Source: a virus
IMG/VR virus record: IMGVR_UViG_3300006921_004083
Coordinates: 1-64,000 of that record
Length of the DNA stretch: 64,000 bases
Strand: one strand, 5' to 3'
Notes under the pieces: model-generated
The model's database searches: none
What the model was told of the DNA's origin: nothing
The model's input: the letters and a program-made list of their open reading frames with translations, nothing else
Program-made: the position numbers and the translations under genes
In this document: piece by piece, positions 11,126-21,535 of the stretch
Layout: the number at the start of each line of letters is the position of its first letter
Position numbering within the stretch: position 1 is the first letter of the stretch

Positions 11126-12319
11126 CTATTTTTTTATTAAACTTTTATACCAAGAGGCTCTTTCTTTTGTTACTTCTTTAATATGATATTTTTGTACATC
11201 TTCATACAGTTGTTCCCCTAAATCCTTAATCATATTTGGATTGTTAATTAATCTTTTGATGTATTTATACCATTGTTTATGATTTTTTGAGGTTGGGATG
11301 AGTAGGGAATTTTTCTCGTGTACACAATCGATATTGTAAGGACCATAGTCTTGGGCAATCAATGCTTTTTTATGAAAACCTGCCTCAATAACTTTTAATT
11401 GTGACTTAACTCTATTAAAAGTATGCTCTTTTAGAGGGGCTAAAGAAATATCCATTTCATTGTAATTAGTTGCGTAGGTGGTGATAGGTTTAGTCCATAC
11501 CCTCTTATAGAATTCTCCTCCATCTCCTTTACGTTTCTTAAACTCAAGCAAGGAATCAATATCTGATTGGTTCTCCACCAGTTTATAATCATTTGTGAAG
11601 ATTTGTTCGTACTTGTACCAGACAGACTCCTTTGGTAAAATTGCTCGAACATTTTGTTTTCCTGTATTTTGGTCAATTTCGGTCATAGAACCTCGGGTGT
11701 CAAATCCACATAAAACCATCTGGTATTTATTTTTTAATGAAGCATCAGCATTTAATTTATGAATATTTCCTCTAAGAATTTCTAAATCTGATAAGTGAGA
11801 TGATCCCCCTAACCAACCAATTCTAATTAAATCAGATTCTACTGGTCGTGGTTGAAATTGTCTTTTCTCTGGATCAATAGCATTAGGGAATAATTCAATA
11901 CTTTTATTATATTGTAACATTTCATTTCTAAAAATCTCCGTAGTTGTAGTAATGTGTTGAGCCGCTTTTAAGTTTGCTACTATTCTTTCCCCTAACTTAG
12001 CTTCTTGTATCATGGCATAAGCTGGATGGTCTTTACCTGGAGCCCAATAATCGTCTAAATCCATAATGGTGGTAACTCCCCATTTTTTACAATCCTCTAA
12101 TAACCTTAAACAATTTCCCCAATCTCCCATACTTCTATGAAAATGAACTATATCGAAATCTTGCCAGTATGTATCACGATTTTTCCAAGGATCGTAATTG
12201 ATGTCTATTTTGAACTCATCTGGGAAATATTTCTCTAATGCGATGTGCGGGTCGATTGACCTAAAAGAACCTACTCCGGTCCTGTCTGAGGGTACTACTA
12301 AGATTTTTATTTTGCTCAT
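11126..12319 (-). CDS. GT-B fold glycosyltransferase
   Basis: SDRTGVGSFR, MDLDDYW, FPNAID, RIGWLGGSSH..DL, DISLAPL....FNRVKSQLKVIEAG. Confidence 0.8.
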   Translation of the reverse strand: MSKIKILVVPSDRTGVGSFRSIDPHIALEKYFPDEFKIDINYDPWKNRDTYWQDFDIVHFHRSMGDWGNCLRLLEDCKKWGVTTIMDLDDYWAPGKDHPAYAMIQEAKLGERIVANLKAAQHITTTTEIFRNEMLQYNKSIELFPNAIDPEKRQFQPRPVESDLIRIGWLGGSSHLSDLEILRGNIHKLNADASLKNKYQMVLCGFDTRGSMTEIDQNTGKQNVRAILPKESVWYKYEQIFTNDYKLVENQSDIDSLLEFKKRKGDGGEFYKRVWTKPITTYATNYNEMDISLAPLKEHTFNRVKSQLKVIEAGFHKKALIAQDYGPYNIDCVHEKNSLLIPTSKNHKQWYKYIKRLINNPNMIKDLGEQLYEDVQKYHIKEVTKERASWYKSLIKK

Positions 12320-12339
12320 AATTATATTTTTATCTAATA

Positions 12340-12368
12340 ATAATAAACAAATAAAATAATTAAATCAA
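12340..12368 (-). promoter_or_regulatory. Sigma70-like promoter for the glycan/nucleotide operon
   Basis: Minus strand TTGATT-N17-TATTAT, ending 21 nt before ATG 12319. The AT-rich background weakens the call. Confidence 0.45.
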
Positions 12369-12406
12369 ATAAACTACATATATTAAAATACTTAGTGAGG
12401 TAAATA

Positions 12407-12413
12407 TATTTAT
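12407..12413 (+). promoter_or_regulatory. Putative late promoter (TATTTAT)
   Basis: One of about 12 copies found just upstream of gene starts (see findings). Confidence 0.55.
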
Positions 12414-12430
12414 CTATATAAACAAAATAC

Positions 12431-15400
12431 ATGGCAATACAAAATTATTACTTTAATAACCTCGATGCGTTCCTAAGTTACGACTCTTTTTGGGACTTTA
12501 ATCTTACTGATGATGAGCGAGATTATAATATGGAAGTAATTTATAATTCTTCTGTAATGTATTATAGTGCGGGAACAACTACATTTTCGGATTCTTTTTA
12601 TTCTTATAAATTACCAGTGATATTGGACTTAAACGATCCAAATAGTTCTCTTCAAATAGACACAATAACTAAGAATGATGATGGGACCACTTCAAATCTT
12701 GGAACCATTACCAATCAAGATGCTGGTGATGGACCAATTAATCCTGGAACTTATTATTCTGCCAATACTTTAGTTAGTAAAATGGCTTGGAGTTTAGCTG
12801 AGGTGACTGACGGACAAGTAGTAGAAGATATTGCATTAACTGGAATTGATAATGGTTTGACTCCTGGAATTACGGGAAGTGTTCTTACCTTAGAAACTAC
12901 TTTACCCACTACTCCCGTAGATTATACTTTTAATCCTCTTTATTATGATTATAGACTTAAATTACATTCAGTAACTGGATATACTAGTTTTTGGGATCGT
13001 AGACTAAATGGGGGGATTACAAGTTTTATTAATATTATAGGTGGGGGTTACCAAAATAATGGTATAGTAGGACAATATGTTGTTAATAGTGGTAATTACA
13101 CTCCAAGTTTAGGTGGTACCGGGGCTGACCTTATAATAAATGTAACAGGATTAACAATAACTGACCAAAACATTACTATTGTTGATGAAGGTAATTCATT
13201 TATAGTAGGAGAAACTATTACAATAAATGATGCTTTACTTGGGGGTGCTGGGGCAACCACACTAATTCTTCAAGTAGGTGGAGTAACAAGTGGGGGACAA
13301 GACACACCAGTAACTTATGGAATGAGGTCAAACTATGACAGGTCTGGTTTTTACTATGACTTATATGGTGGATTTTTCCAAGGGTTTTTTGATTTATGGG
13401 GATATGGATATCGAGTTTTACCAGATAGACAAGAAATGGGGTGGACGGTTGAGTCTTTACTTAAAGTTCGTTCATCTGGAGATAGTTGGAACAACCTAAG
13501 TGGGTATACACTAAATAATTTACATCCAAATAACGAGGGAATCTTTTTCTACTTAGGGGCGCGAGCCGAAAATAAATTTTGGAATTGTTTCCATGGGGAA
13601 ACTGGTTATACGACTACGTTAGGTTACCCTTTATATAGTTGTTCGGGTACTTGTGTTTTTGACGGACTTACTGGAAGTAGTTGTGGAGGACAGACAGGAT
13701 TTACGTACGACTCAAGTGTTTACGGAGGGAATGTTTACACTAGTGCGAGCACAGAGTACCAAATTTTAAGTAATAATTTTGCACTTAGACTTAGTGGTGG
13801 AAGTGGACAAGGATATAAATTAGGTTATCGGGTATTAAGATACACAGGAGATACTAATGCAGAGGGATACGCACAACCAGGTTCCGTTGATATATTTGAT
13901 ACCGACCAAACCCTATGTACTGGAGGTACTTTTACTAGTGGTTTCACAATAGAAGAACAATATACTACCGATACTATTTGTACTGGAGAAACGGCCAACT
14001 CTTGGTTTAAGGTTGACGCAGTATGGAAAAGAAATTACTACTATGGTTCAGATAGAGAAAAATTATGGAGAGGTGGATTAAATCTAATAACCAACATTAC
14101 TTGTGAAACCGCCACTACTGGTACTGTCACAGCAACTACTGGGACTACTGAATACTTGGTGGAAGAGATAGAAAGTGAAAAGATATTTTTACAGAATCCT
14201 GCATGGATTCGTGACATAAAGAGACGATTAGGTACTTTAACACTTTATGTTAATTCTAGACCAGTCTTAAAGGTACCTGATTTTGAGGAGATAATCCCTA
14301 GACGATTAAACGAAGTGGCAGAAAAACAAATAGGAGTACCCTATAATATAAGTTTTGGTGGTGGGTCCCAAGGACTTTACGATTCATTAACTTTAAGTGG
14401 AACACCTAAACAAGCGGCGGTATTGGATTCATGGATTTTTGACTCAACTAATTGGACACAAGTCATATTCGGAGCCCTTATTCTTGAGGGGTTTGATAGT
14501 GATGGGGTCGCGGATCCTTTAAGAGTTCCTGGCGCTTATTTAATCGGAAATGGTAATTCCGCAACCAGTGGAAATGGAGATGACTGGAGTATTGCGATTA
14601 ATGTCGATGCGGCTGGACTACCTGCCTACGCATTAATTGCTGGAGGGTTTGGGTTTTTGGTTGGTGATACAATTACTATTCCTGACGCTTCTTTAGGGGG
14701 TGGAGGTGCCACTGATGTTACAATAACATTAACTTCTACATCTACTGGTATAGTTGCTTATGGGTCAGATGGGGCGACCACAATAACATCTTCAGTCTAC
14801 AACGTAACTTCATACCAAACAAGTACTATTTTTTATGACAATACAAATTATAATCACCCAATAGTTCAGGGTGAGACATATGATGTTATTCTAAAAGGAT
14901 ATTCTATTAGTGGAAATACGGTAAATTCCCCAGCGAATTTTGATCTAGGAGTGTCTGGTATTACAGCAACCGCTCCAAATCCAGTTGTAACATATTTGGC
15001 ACAAAACGAAGAGTTAAGTTTCACATCTTCAACTATACACAGAAGTTATAAGGCAACTGAAACTGGTAATATTTTTGTAGGGGTAACACCTAATTCAGGA
15101 GGAGAAATAGTGATAGAGAGTTTAGTGGTTAGTAAAAGAGCACTAAAGAGAGACCCCGCCGATGAAAATATGTTGATAGAAGAAAATTTTGGGGGTACCT
15201 ATATGGGTGGGATATCACAAATGAGATTTTATAATAAGCCTTTAGATGCTAGTGAATTAAAACATAATTACTACATTAACACAGAAAGATATGGTTTAAT
15301 AGACTGTGATTGTGGCAATGATAATATTTTTGTTGAGGGGTGTGACACCGAATATGCAACATATAATTTTCCAGTGGGACAGGATACCATTTCATTAAGT

Positions 15401-15760
15401 TTTGGACAAAGAATGGTAAGGTGGGACACATATACTAGTGAAAACGTAGATGTTTGGGTTGGGACCTCTAACGGACACCCTCTACCTAGAAGATATAGTA
15501 GTGTTGAACCATACTGTTGTAAAGCAACTGATGGAGTTTGTAATGGAGATAATTATCTTAATTGTCAAACAGAAGCTGATTGTATTAGTACTGATTTTGG
15601 GAAATGTTCGGGTGTTTGGTATGATTCTGGTAATCTTACACCGGATATAGTTAAGTTCCCTTTTACAAGTGTACCAGAAAAACCAATGACAATTACAATA
15701 ACAAGAATAGCCGGAGGAAGTGAGGCTAAAATAACATTTACCGGAAAAAGAGTAAGGTAA
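12431..15760 (+). CDS. Large virion structural protein with LamG/ConA-like elements
   Basis: G/T/S-rich; GTLTLYVN and GGISQMRFYNKPL..SE are LamG-like; two G..F.VG.TITI.DA.LGG modules; Cys-rich C-terminus. Confidence 0.65.
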   Translation: MAIQNYYFNNLDAFLSYDSFWDFNLTDDERDYNMEVIYNSSVMYYSAGTTTFSDSFYSYKLPVILDLNDPNSSLQIDTITKNDDGTTSNLGTITNQDAGDGPINPGTYYSANTLVSKMAWSLAEVTDGQVVEDIALTGIDNGLTPGITGSVLTLETTLPTTPVDYTFNPLYYDYRLKLHSVTGYTSFWDRRLNGGITSFINIIGGGYQNNGIVGQYVVNSGNYTPSLGGTGADLIINVTGLTITDQNITIVDEGNSFIVGETITINDALLGGAGATTLILQVGGVTSGGQDTPVTYGMRSNYDRSGFYYDLYGGFFQGFFDLWGYGYRVLPDRQEMGWTVESLLKVRSSGDSWNNLSGYTLNNLHPNNEGIFFYLGARAENKFWNCFHGETGYTTTLGYPLYSCSGTCVFDGLTGSSCGGQTGFTYDSSVYGGNVYTSASTEYQILSNNFALRLSGGSGQGYKLGYRVLRYTGDTNAEGYAQPGSVDIFDTDQTLCTGGTFTSGFTIEEQYTTDTICTGETANSWFKVDAVWKRNYYYGSDREKLWRGGLNLITNITCETATTGTVTATTGTTEYLVEEIESEKIFLQNPAWIRDIKRRLGTLTLYVNSRPVLKVPDFEEIIPRRLNEVAEKQIGVPYNISFGGGSQGLYDSLTLSGTPKQAAVLDSWIFDSTNWTQVIFGALILEGFDSDGVADPLRVPGAYLIGNGNSATSGNGDDWSIAINVDAAGLPAYALIAGGFGFLVGDTITIPDASLGGGGATDVTITLTSTSTGIVAYGSDGATTITSSVYNVTSYQTSTIFYDNTNYNHPIVQGETYDVILKGYSISGNTVNSPANFDLGVSGITATAPNPVVTYLAQNEELSFTSSTIHRSYKATETGNIFVGVTPNSGGEIVIESLVVSKRALKRDPADENMLIEENFGGTYMGGISQMRFYNKPLDASELKHNYYINTERYGLIDCDCGNDNIFVEGCDTEYATYNFPVGQDTISLSFGQRMVRWDTYTSENVDVWVGTSNGHPLPRRYSSVEPYCCKATDGVCNGDNYLNCQTEADCISTDFGKCSGVWYDSGNLTPDIVKFPFTSVPEKPMTITITRIAGGSEAKITFTGKRVR

Positions 15761-15783
15761 CAAATTATAAAGTATTTATATAC

Positions 15784-16185
15784 ATGGACTTTTACATTAG
15801 AAAAAACTCAACTGAACCAATCCTTAAGATGAAGGTTATACAAGATGGAAGAAATGACTTTCAAAATTTTCATGATCAATTGGCAAATTCATCAATAAAG
15901 TTTTCTATGAGAGATGTTACTACTGGTATTTATAAGATACTAAATCGTTCTGGTAGTATTGTTTCTGTACAAAATTTAGATGAAACAGCACCTATTGAGT
16001 ATTACATTTATTATAGATGGAGGGAGGTGGACACAAATAAACCTGGTAGATATCAGGGAGAATTTAGTATTTATCTAAATGATGACTGTGCGGAACTAAT
16101 AGTTCCAATTAGAGATGAATTATATATAAACATAAGCGACAGTTTTGCACGAAGTAATTGTGCTAACTGCGTATCAAATACATAA
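15784..16185 (+). CDS. Small structural protein, BppU N-terminal-like Ig fold
   Basis: FYIRKNSTEP.L, IKFSM, YRW...DT..PGRYQGEF; preceded by TATTTATA at 15773-15780. Confidence 0.55.
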   Translation: MDFYIRKNSTEPILKMKVIQDGRNDFQNFHDQLANSSIKFSMRDVTTGIYKILNRSGSIVSVQNLDETAPIEYYIYYRWREVDTNKPGRYQGEFSIYLNDDCAELIVPIRDELYINISDSFARSNCANCVSNT

Positions 16186-16196
16186 AAGAAGAATTA

Positions 16197-19100
16197 ATGG
16201 CTTGTAAATGTACACAAACAACAACAAATGCGACCGGAGGAGGGTCAATAACATCAGCACTTAGTGCTTGTACATATCCTCTATGGATAAACCACGTAAG
16301 TGGATGTACCGGTTCGGCCTTGGATATTCATTTTGGTAATCCGGGGGCTAATATCCTTTTTAATGTAGGACAGTATGATTATTATGAAGTGGGTTACGGC
16401 ACGAATAATATAGGTATTAATGTAACTAATCCTATCCATACATTATCTGTTGGGGGAACGATTGATGTTGAACAATATCTCCATCTAGGTGAGTCTGCGT
16501 TAACAGGGAGTTCTGCTGGTTCTGTTTATCTTGGTTATAACGCAGGAGAATCAAGAGATAATAACTCCAATTCAATGAAAAATACAGTAGTTGGAAATGC
16601 TTCTTTGGGATCAGGTGGGGTTCTTAATAATGCAAATGATAATACATCTATTGGATACGGAACACTAATGAATCTAACTAGTGGGAAAATGAACACTGTG
16701 GTGGGTTCTTTAGCGGGTAATGCCTTAACTTCACAAAATGGAAATGTTTATCTAGGTTATGGACAAGGTTATTATTCAACAACAGAAGAAAATACTTTAA
16801 GAATAGGGAATAAGGTACAAAATGGTGGTGGATCAACTAGACCCTTAATACAAGGTGATTTTGCCACTTCAGCGGCTACTATTTTTGGTTCCGCACGAAT
16901 AACTGGTGTACCAAAAGGTGACAACGGGTTTTTAACGATAGACGACGACGGATATCTACACAAATCTAAATTTACTAGTGGTCCTGGTGGTGGTGGTTCT
17001 AATTTATCTTTAGGGGTTTCTAACACAGGTATATGGACCGCTAACACAACAGATGCGGCTGGACTACCTTGGGACACTGCTGGTGATTTGCCGGGTTATA
17101 GAAGTGTTTCTATATCCGGGGGTACTAACAGTACCTCTACCAGTACAGACTGGACTGGAACTAGAGTTGGTATTGGGACAGGTAAACCAACGGTTCCACT
17201 ACATGTTAAAGCTCCTTTTGCTTGGACATATGTGGAGTCGGAGGGAACATCTTCTTACATTGCCTCTATAACGGATTCTACAATCGCTTATCTTGGGATG
17301 GCAGCCGGAGGGGGAGTACAATCAGGGTCTACAACCTGGAGAACCAAATCCTTTACTTCTAATCTATCGTTAGGTGGTGAAGGATTTATTGGAACTGGAT
17401 TCTCTATTATGAGAGCGTCTAGAGAAGTGGCAGGTGATGGGTCAACACAAACGGTAGTTAATCCTTTCGCAATTCTTGGAGATACTGAAAACTTAGACGG
17501 AGCCCTAGTTTTAAGGGGTGATACTAATCTGGGAGGTATTGGTGGTAATAGAGGTGTTGGTATCTTTACGGCTCGTCCAACTAAAGAACTTACTGTTGTT
17601 GGGTCTATTAGTGGTACAGGAGCAATTCATTCAACAGACTACCTAAAATATCCAAATCCATCTTTTGGTACCTATGTAGGATACCAATCTGGATCTGGAA
17701 CTACATCAGACAACTACAATACAGCAGTTGGATACCAATCGATTCAAGATATGGGGACCGCAAGTATGAGTTTGACACAAAGAAATACTGCCGTTGGTTA
17801 TAGGACACTAAATTCTGCAGGTTCTGTTATTGCTGGGACTGTAACCGATAATGTTGCAATCGGATATCAATCTTTACAATTAAACACAGGAGGAGAATAT
17901 AATGTGGGTATTGGAGTGGATACCTTAGGAAGTGGGGTTGATATAGACTCTCACGTGGCAGTTGGATACCAAGTCCTACAAGACTATACCGCAAATGATA
18001 CTGGGTCTAAAGGAAACGTTGGTATAGGTTATAGAACTATGAGAAAGGTCACTACAGGTGGACGTAATGTGGGGATAGGTTATTTTGTGGCGGCAAACTC
18101 AACAACATTAGGTGGATACAATGTTTACATTGGTGACGTTGCAGCAAATGGTGTTGATAACTCAGGGTATGGAAATGTAATTTTAGGGGCCGGTGCGGCA
18201 ACAGGAGGTACACCAGCCAATTCAACAATAGCGGTGGGATATAACGCACAAATTCCTTATGATGATGATTTCTTCATGAATATTGGTGATATCATTTATG
18301 CTAGAAAAGGGGATGCAGGTACTGGTGGTAGAGATACTGTTATGATTGGTGCTGGTTCTTATACACAATCATATACTCCAGACTTTACGGTTGGTGTGGT
18401 TGGTGCGTTAAGTGCAACAGGAGCCATACACTCAACAGATTATATTAAATTCCCTAACCCAGCAAGAAGTGTGTACATAGGTTGGAAAGGTAATTCTGGG
18501 AATACAACAAACACACAAAATACATCACTAGGATTTGATTCTTTTGGTGCAGGATTAAGTCTTATAGATGGGGCATCCGATAATACAGCAATTGGTTTTG
18601 AAACACTTAAATCTATAACAAATAGTTCAAACAATACAGCGGTGGGATCGAATTCACAACCAGAAGTAACAACCGGTTCTAAAAACACATCACTAGGTGC
18701 TAAAAGTTTACTACAAATGGTAACAGGTAGTGATAATGTGGCAATAGGTTATGGATCCTTAGATGAGTCCCATGGAGATAGGTCAACAGCGGTAGGTTCA
18801 GAATCATTGAATGGGGAGATGGATGGGATTCAAAACACGGGACTTGGTTATAGAACTCTTTATCTGAATAACACGGGAAGAGATAACGTAGCTCTTGGTC
18901 ATGGTTCAATGTACGGAGGGTCAGTCAATGCACATAATTACAACACAGCTGTGGGAGCAGGTTCATTATCCGGGATAACAACTGGAGGATGTAATGTGGC
19001 AGTAGGTAATAATGCAGGAGCGGGTATAACTAACCCTTTAGGAAAAATAACAACCGGTTCAAACAATGTTGTAATTGGTTGTCAGGCGGATATCAAAAAA

Positions 19101-21065
19101 GGAGATGGTGATAATCAAACCAACATTAATAATACAATATTCACTAATTGGGGTACCGGTGGGAATACAATCCTTACTCACGCACCAATCGATCCGATAA
19201 AAACTCACGATGTTTATACCCATGGAGATATTATAATAAAACCAACATCTGGTCTTATTGTAAGTGCTTCAACTAATGGTATGACAGTTGAATCGGATAT
19301 TAGGGTACCCGACAATAAAAAGATAATCATGGGTGCCGGTGACGACTTAGAAGTATACAGTGATGGTACTGGGGGTAGAATTGATGTGGGTAGTAGTTAC
19401 CTACAGGTTGCAGGTGATACATTAGATTTTACTGATGGAAGTGCAGTAAGTTATATTCTTAGAGGTTCTGCAGCTGGTGGTGTTTCTTTATATAATGTAG
19501 GAGTTAAGAAATTTGAGACTACCTCTATTGGTGCTACCTTAACAGGTGCATTGTCACTTAAAGACTCATTAGCATTTGGCAATGCGTATATTGGGGAGAT
19601 GGCGGGTAAGTATGCTTCTTCAGCCGCCCACACAACCCAGAATACGATAATAGGTTACCAATCACTATCTAGTCCGTCGATGACAGGTTCTATATCTAAC
19701 ACTACACTTGGTTATAAATCCCTTTCTGCGGCTACTTCTTCACGTGACAATACAGCGATAGGTGCACAATCACAAATGAGTAACACAACAGGAGGGTTTA
19801 ATACAGTAGTTGGTTCAGATTCTCTTCTTTCTAACGAAACTGGGTCATATAATGTTGCGATTGGTGGAAGTGCCTTAAAAGGGGTGGCATCAAACAGTAA
19901 TTCTCAAAATGTTTCAATAGGACATGAGTCTGGATTAGCAATAACTACAGGAAATGCAAATGTATTTTTAGGTTATCAAGCTGGAAGAACATTAACAAGT
20001 GGTACAAATAATATATGTATAGGAGCTGGTACAAACGCCGTAGACGCAACTGGAACTAGACAAATTAATATTGGTAATGTAATATATGGAAGAGATGTTG
20101 CCAATACAGGGTCAATAAACTCCATAGGTATAGGAACAACAACTCCTGGGGCACCAGGTAATTCACCAGCAATACCATTTACGGTAAATGGTGCTATGAG
20201 TGCCACGACACGTTTATATCTTGGTGGTGCTACTGCGGCTAACGGTAACTGGATAGATGGTACTCAGGGTGGTTCAGGTAATGATTTATATATTAATAGT
20301 GCTAATGATGTTGAAATTATAGCAACTGATGATATTACTTTAGAAGCAACTGGAAGAGTTGAGTTTACCGAAAAAAATGCGGCTTCTCCTTCGATGGCGA
20401 TAGACTTAAATGACACCTCAACTCATGCTTATATAGAAAATTATGCAGGTAATGAGGTGGTGGGTATTAATGGATCGACAAGAAGATTATATTTCCTTTG
20501 GCAAGGTGCTATTCCTGCTACTAACCAAAACTGGATTAGTGGTGAAGAAAATGGAGGGGCTGATTTGACTTTAGGTTCTAATAATGATATTGTAATGTCA
20601 GCAACTAGTGTTGGTATAGGAACAACCTCACCAGTAACAAAATTAGATGTACACCATGACCCAACAGGATTAAGTAACAATACTGGTGGTGGTGAAGTGG
20701 TAACATTTGGTTCAGCTGGAGCGGATTACGCAGCGGGTGTTTTAGTACAGTTGAGGGGAGCTTCTAACTGGGTTAAGGCTGATGCCGATGATACCACACA
20801 ACAAGGTAGTCTTCTAGGAATTGCTCTGGGAGCGGCACCAAGTAATGGTATATTATTAAAAGGATTCTATAAAATTAATATAGCAGACGATGTAACAACT
20901 TGGACGGCAGGAGGTCAACTCTATGTTTCCACATCGGATGGTAAAATAACAGAAAGTACTGGTAGTATGGGAAGTGGTGATTACATAAGAGTAGTTGGGT
21001 ATATGACAACGACAACTAATGTAATTTACTTTAACCCAGAATCAACTTATTTAGTAGTAACTTAA
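16197..21065 (+). CDS. Long tail fibre/adhesin with YadA-like beta-roll repeats
   Basis: Dozens of N(T/V)A(V/I)G..(S/A)L repeats of about 14 aa in four blocks; VGIGT..P...L.V fibre motifs. Confidence 0.8.
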   Translation: MACKCTQTTTNATGGGSITSALSACTYPLWINHVSGCTGSALDIHFGNPGANILFNVGQYDYYEVGYGTNNIGINVTNPIHTLSVGGTIDVEQYLHLGESALTGSSAGSVYLGYNAGESRDNNSNSMKNTVVGNASLGSGGVLNNANDNTSIGYGTLMNLTSGKMNTVVGSLAGNALTSQNGNVYLGYGQGYYSTTEENTLRIGNKVQNGGGSTRPLIQGDFATSAATIFGSARITGVPKGDNGFLTIDDDGYLHKSKFTSGPGGGGSNLSLGVSNTGIWTANTTDAAGLPWDTAGDLPGYRSVSISGGTNSTSTSTDWTGTRVGIGTGKPTVPLHVKAPFAWTYVESEGTSSYIASITDSTIAYLGMAAGGGVQSGSTTWRTKSFTSNLSLGGEGFIGTGFSIMRASREVAGDGSTQTVVNPFAILGDTENLDGALVLRGDTNLGGIGGNRGVGIFTARPTKELTVVGSISGTGAIHSTDYLKYPNPSFGTYVGYQSGSGTTSDNYNTAVGYQSIQDMGTASMSLTQRNTAVGYRTLNSAGSVIAGTVTDNVAIGYQSLQLNTGGEYNVGIGVDTLGSGVDIDSHVAVGYQVLQDYTANDTGSKGNVGIGYRTMRKVTTGGRNVGIGYFVAANSTTLGGYNVYIGDVAANGVDNSGYGNVILGAGAATGGTPANSTIAVGYNAQIPYDDDFFMNIGDIIYARKGDAGTGGRDTVMIGAGSYTQSYTPDFTVGVVGALSATGAIHSTDYIKFPNPARSVYIGWKGNSGNTTNTQNTSLGFDSFGAGLSLIDGASDNTAIGFETLKSITNSSNNTAVGSNSQPEVTTGSKNTSLGAKSLLQMVTGSDNVAIGYGSLDESHGDRSTAVGSESLNGEMDGIQNTGLGYRTLYLNNTGRDNVALGHGSMYGGSVNAHNYNTAVGAGSLSGITTGGCNVAVGNNAGAGITNPLGKITTGSNNVVIGCQADIKKGDGDNQTNINNTIFTNWGTGGNTILTHAPIDPIKTHDVYTHGDIIIKPTSGLIVSASTNGMTVESDIRVPDNKKIIMGAGDDLEVYSDGTGGRIDVGSSYLQVAGDTLDFTDGSAVSYILRGSAAGGVSLYNVGVKKFETTSIGATLTGALSLKDSLAFGNAYIGEMAGKYASSAAHTTQNTIIGYQSLSSPSMTGSISNTTLGYKSLSAATSSRDNTAIGAQSQMSNTTGGFNTVVGSDSLLSNETGSYNVAIGGSALKGVASNSNSQNVSIGHESGLAITTGNANVFLGYQAGRTLTSGTNNICIGAGTNAVDATGTRQINIGNVIYGRDVANTGSINSIGIGTTTPGAPGNSPAIPFTVNGAMSATTRLYLGGATAANGNWIDGTQGGSGNDLYINSANDVEIIATDDITLEATGRVEFTEKNAASPSMAIDLNDTSTHAYIENYAGNEVVGINGSTRRLYFLWQGAIPATNQNWISGEENGGADLTLGSNNDIVMSATSVGIGTTSPVTKLDVHHDPTGLSNNTGGGEVVTFGSAGADYAAGVLVQLRGASNWVKADADDTTQQGSLLGIALGAAPSNGILLKGFYKINIADDVTTWTAGGQLYVSTSDGKITESTGSMGSGDYIRVVGYMTTTTNVIYFNPESTYLVVT

Positions 21066-21066
21066 T

Positions 21067-21471
21067 ATGGCATTTTCACAATTAAATGGAATAGCACTGT
21101 GTGACTGGGTCGGAATGAATGGCCTGAATAGAACTGCCACAAGCTCAATTATCGGACAAGATCAAGGCGTTACATGTGGAAAAGACCCTATCTTATCTGA
21201 TGGTCCAACAGTAAGTAGAGAAGTTATATGTACCGATATTCTTGAGAGGGAACCATCAGGTGATGTGAAATTTGTTACAAATATTGGGGAGGCTGGTAAT
21301 TTAGGTGCAAGAAGCGTACTAAGTACTGATGGTGTTTGTTCTGTGGGAACTAAACTACCCGTGGGTTGGTATGTGTTTTTTGGGGAAAATGGTCCGGGAT
21401 ATGACGGATACCAAATAGTTGAAATGGATGGTAGATCATCATGTATGCCAGCCACGATTACAACTTGTTAA
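21067..21471 (+). CDS. Hypothetical protein, probable fibre-associated protein
   Basis: Starts 1 nt after the fibre stop; six Cys. Confidence 0.5.
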   Translation: MAFSQLNGIALCDWVGMNGLNRTATSSIIGQDQGVTCGKDPILSDGPTVSREVICTDILEREPSGDVKFVTNIGEAGNLGARSVLSTDGVCSVGTKLPVGWYVFFGENGPGYDGYQIVEMDGRSSCMPATITTC

Positions 21472-21535
21472 TTATTTAGTTTTTCTTTTAGAATTTTTTT
21501 TGTATATTTGTAGGTAAATATTAACACAAAAACTT

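Noticed and set aside
10409-11128. Two consecutive TAG stops, each in frame with the next ATG (GT to exonuclease to dUTPase), suggesting amber recoding or readthrough
   Set aside because: All long genes are intact under code 11 with no internal TAG. Each protein is a complete domain with its own ATG, and two in-frame junctions are plausible by chance.
16500-20100. Periodic repeats as a possible CRISPR array or DGR template/variable repeats
   Set aside because: The repeats are degenerate at DNA level and conserved only as protein motifs; there are no identical spacer-separated repeats, adenine-specific variant pairs or reverse transcriptase.
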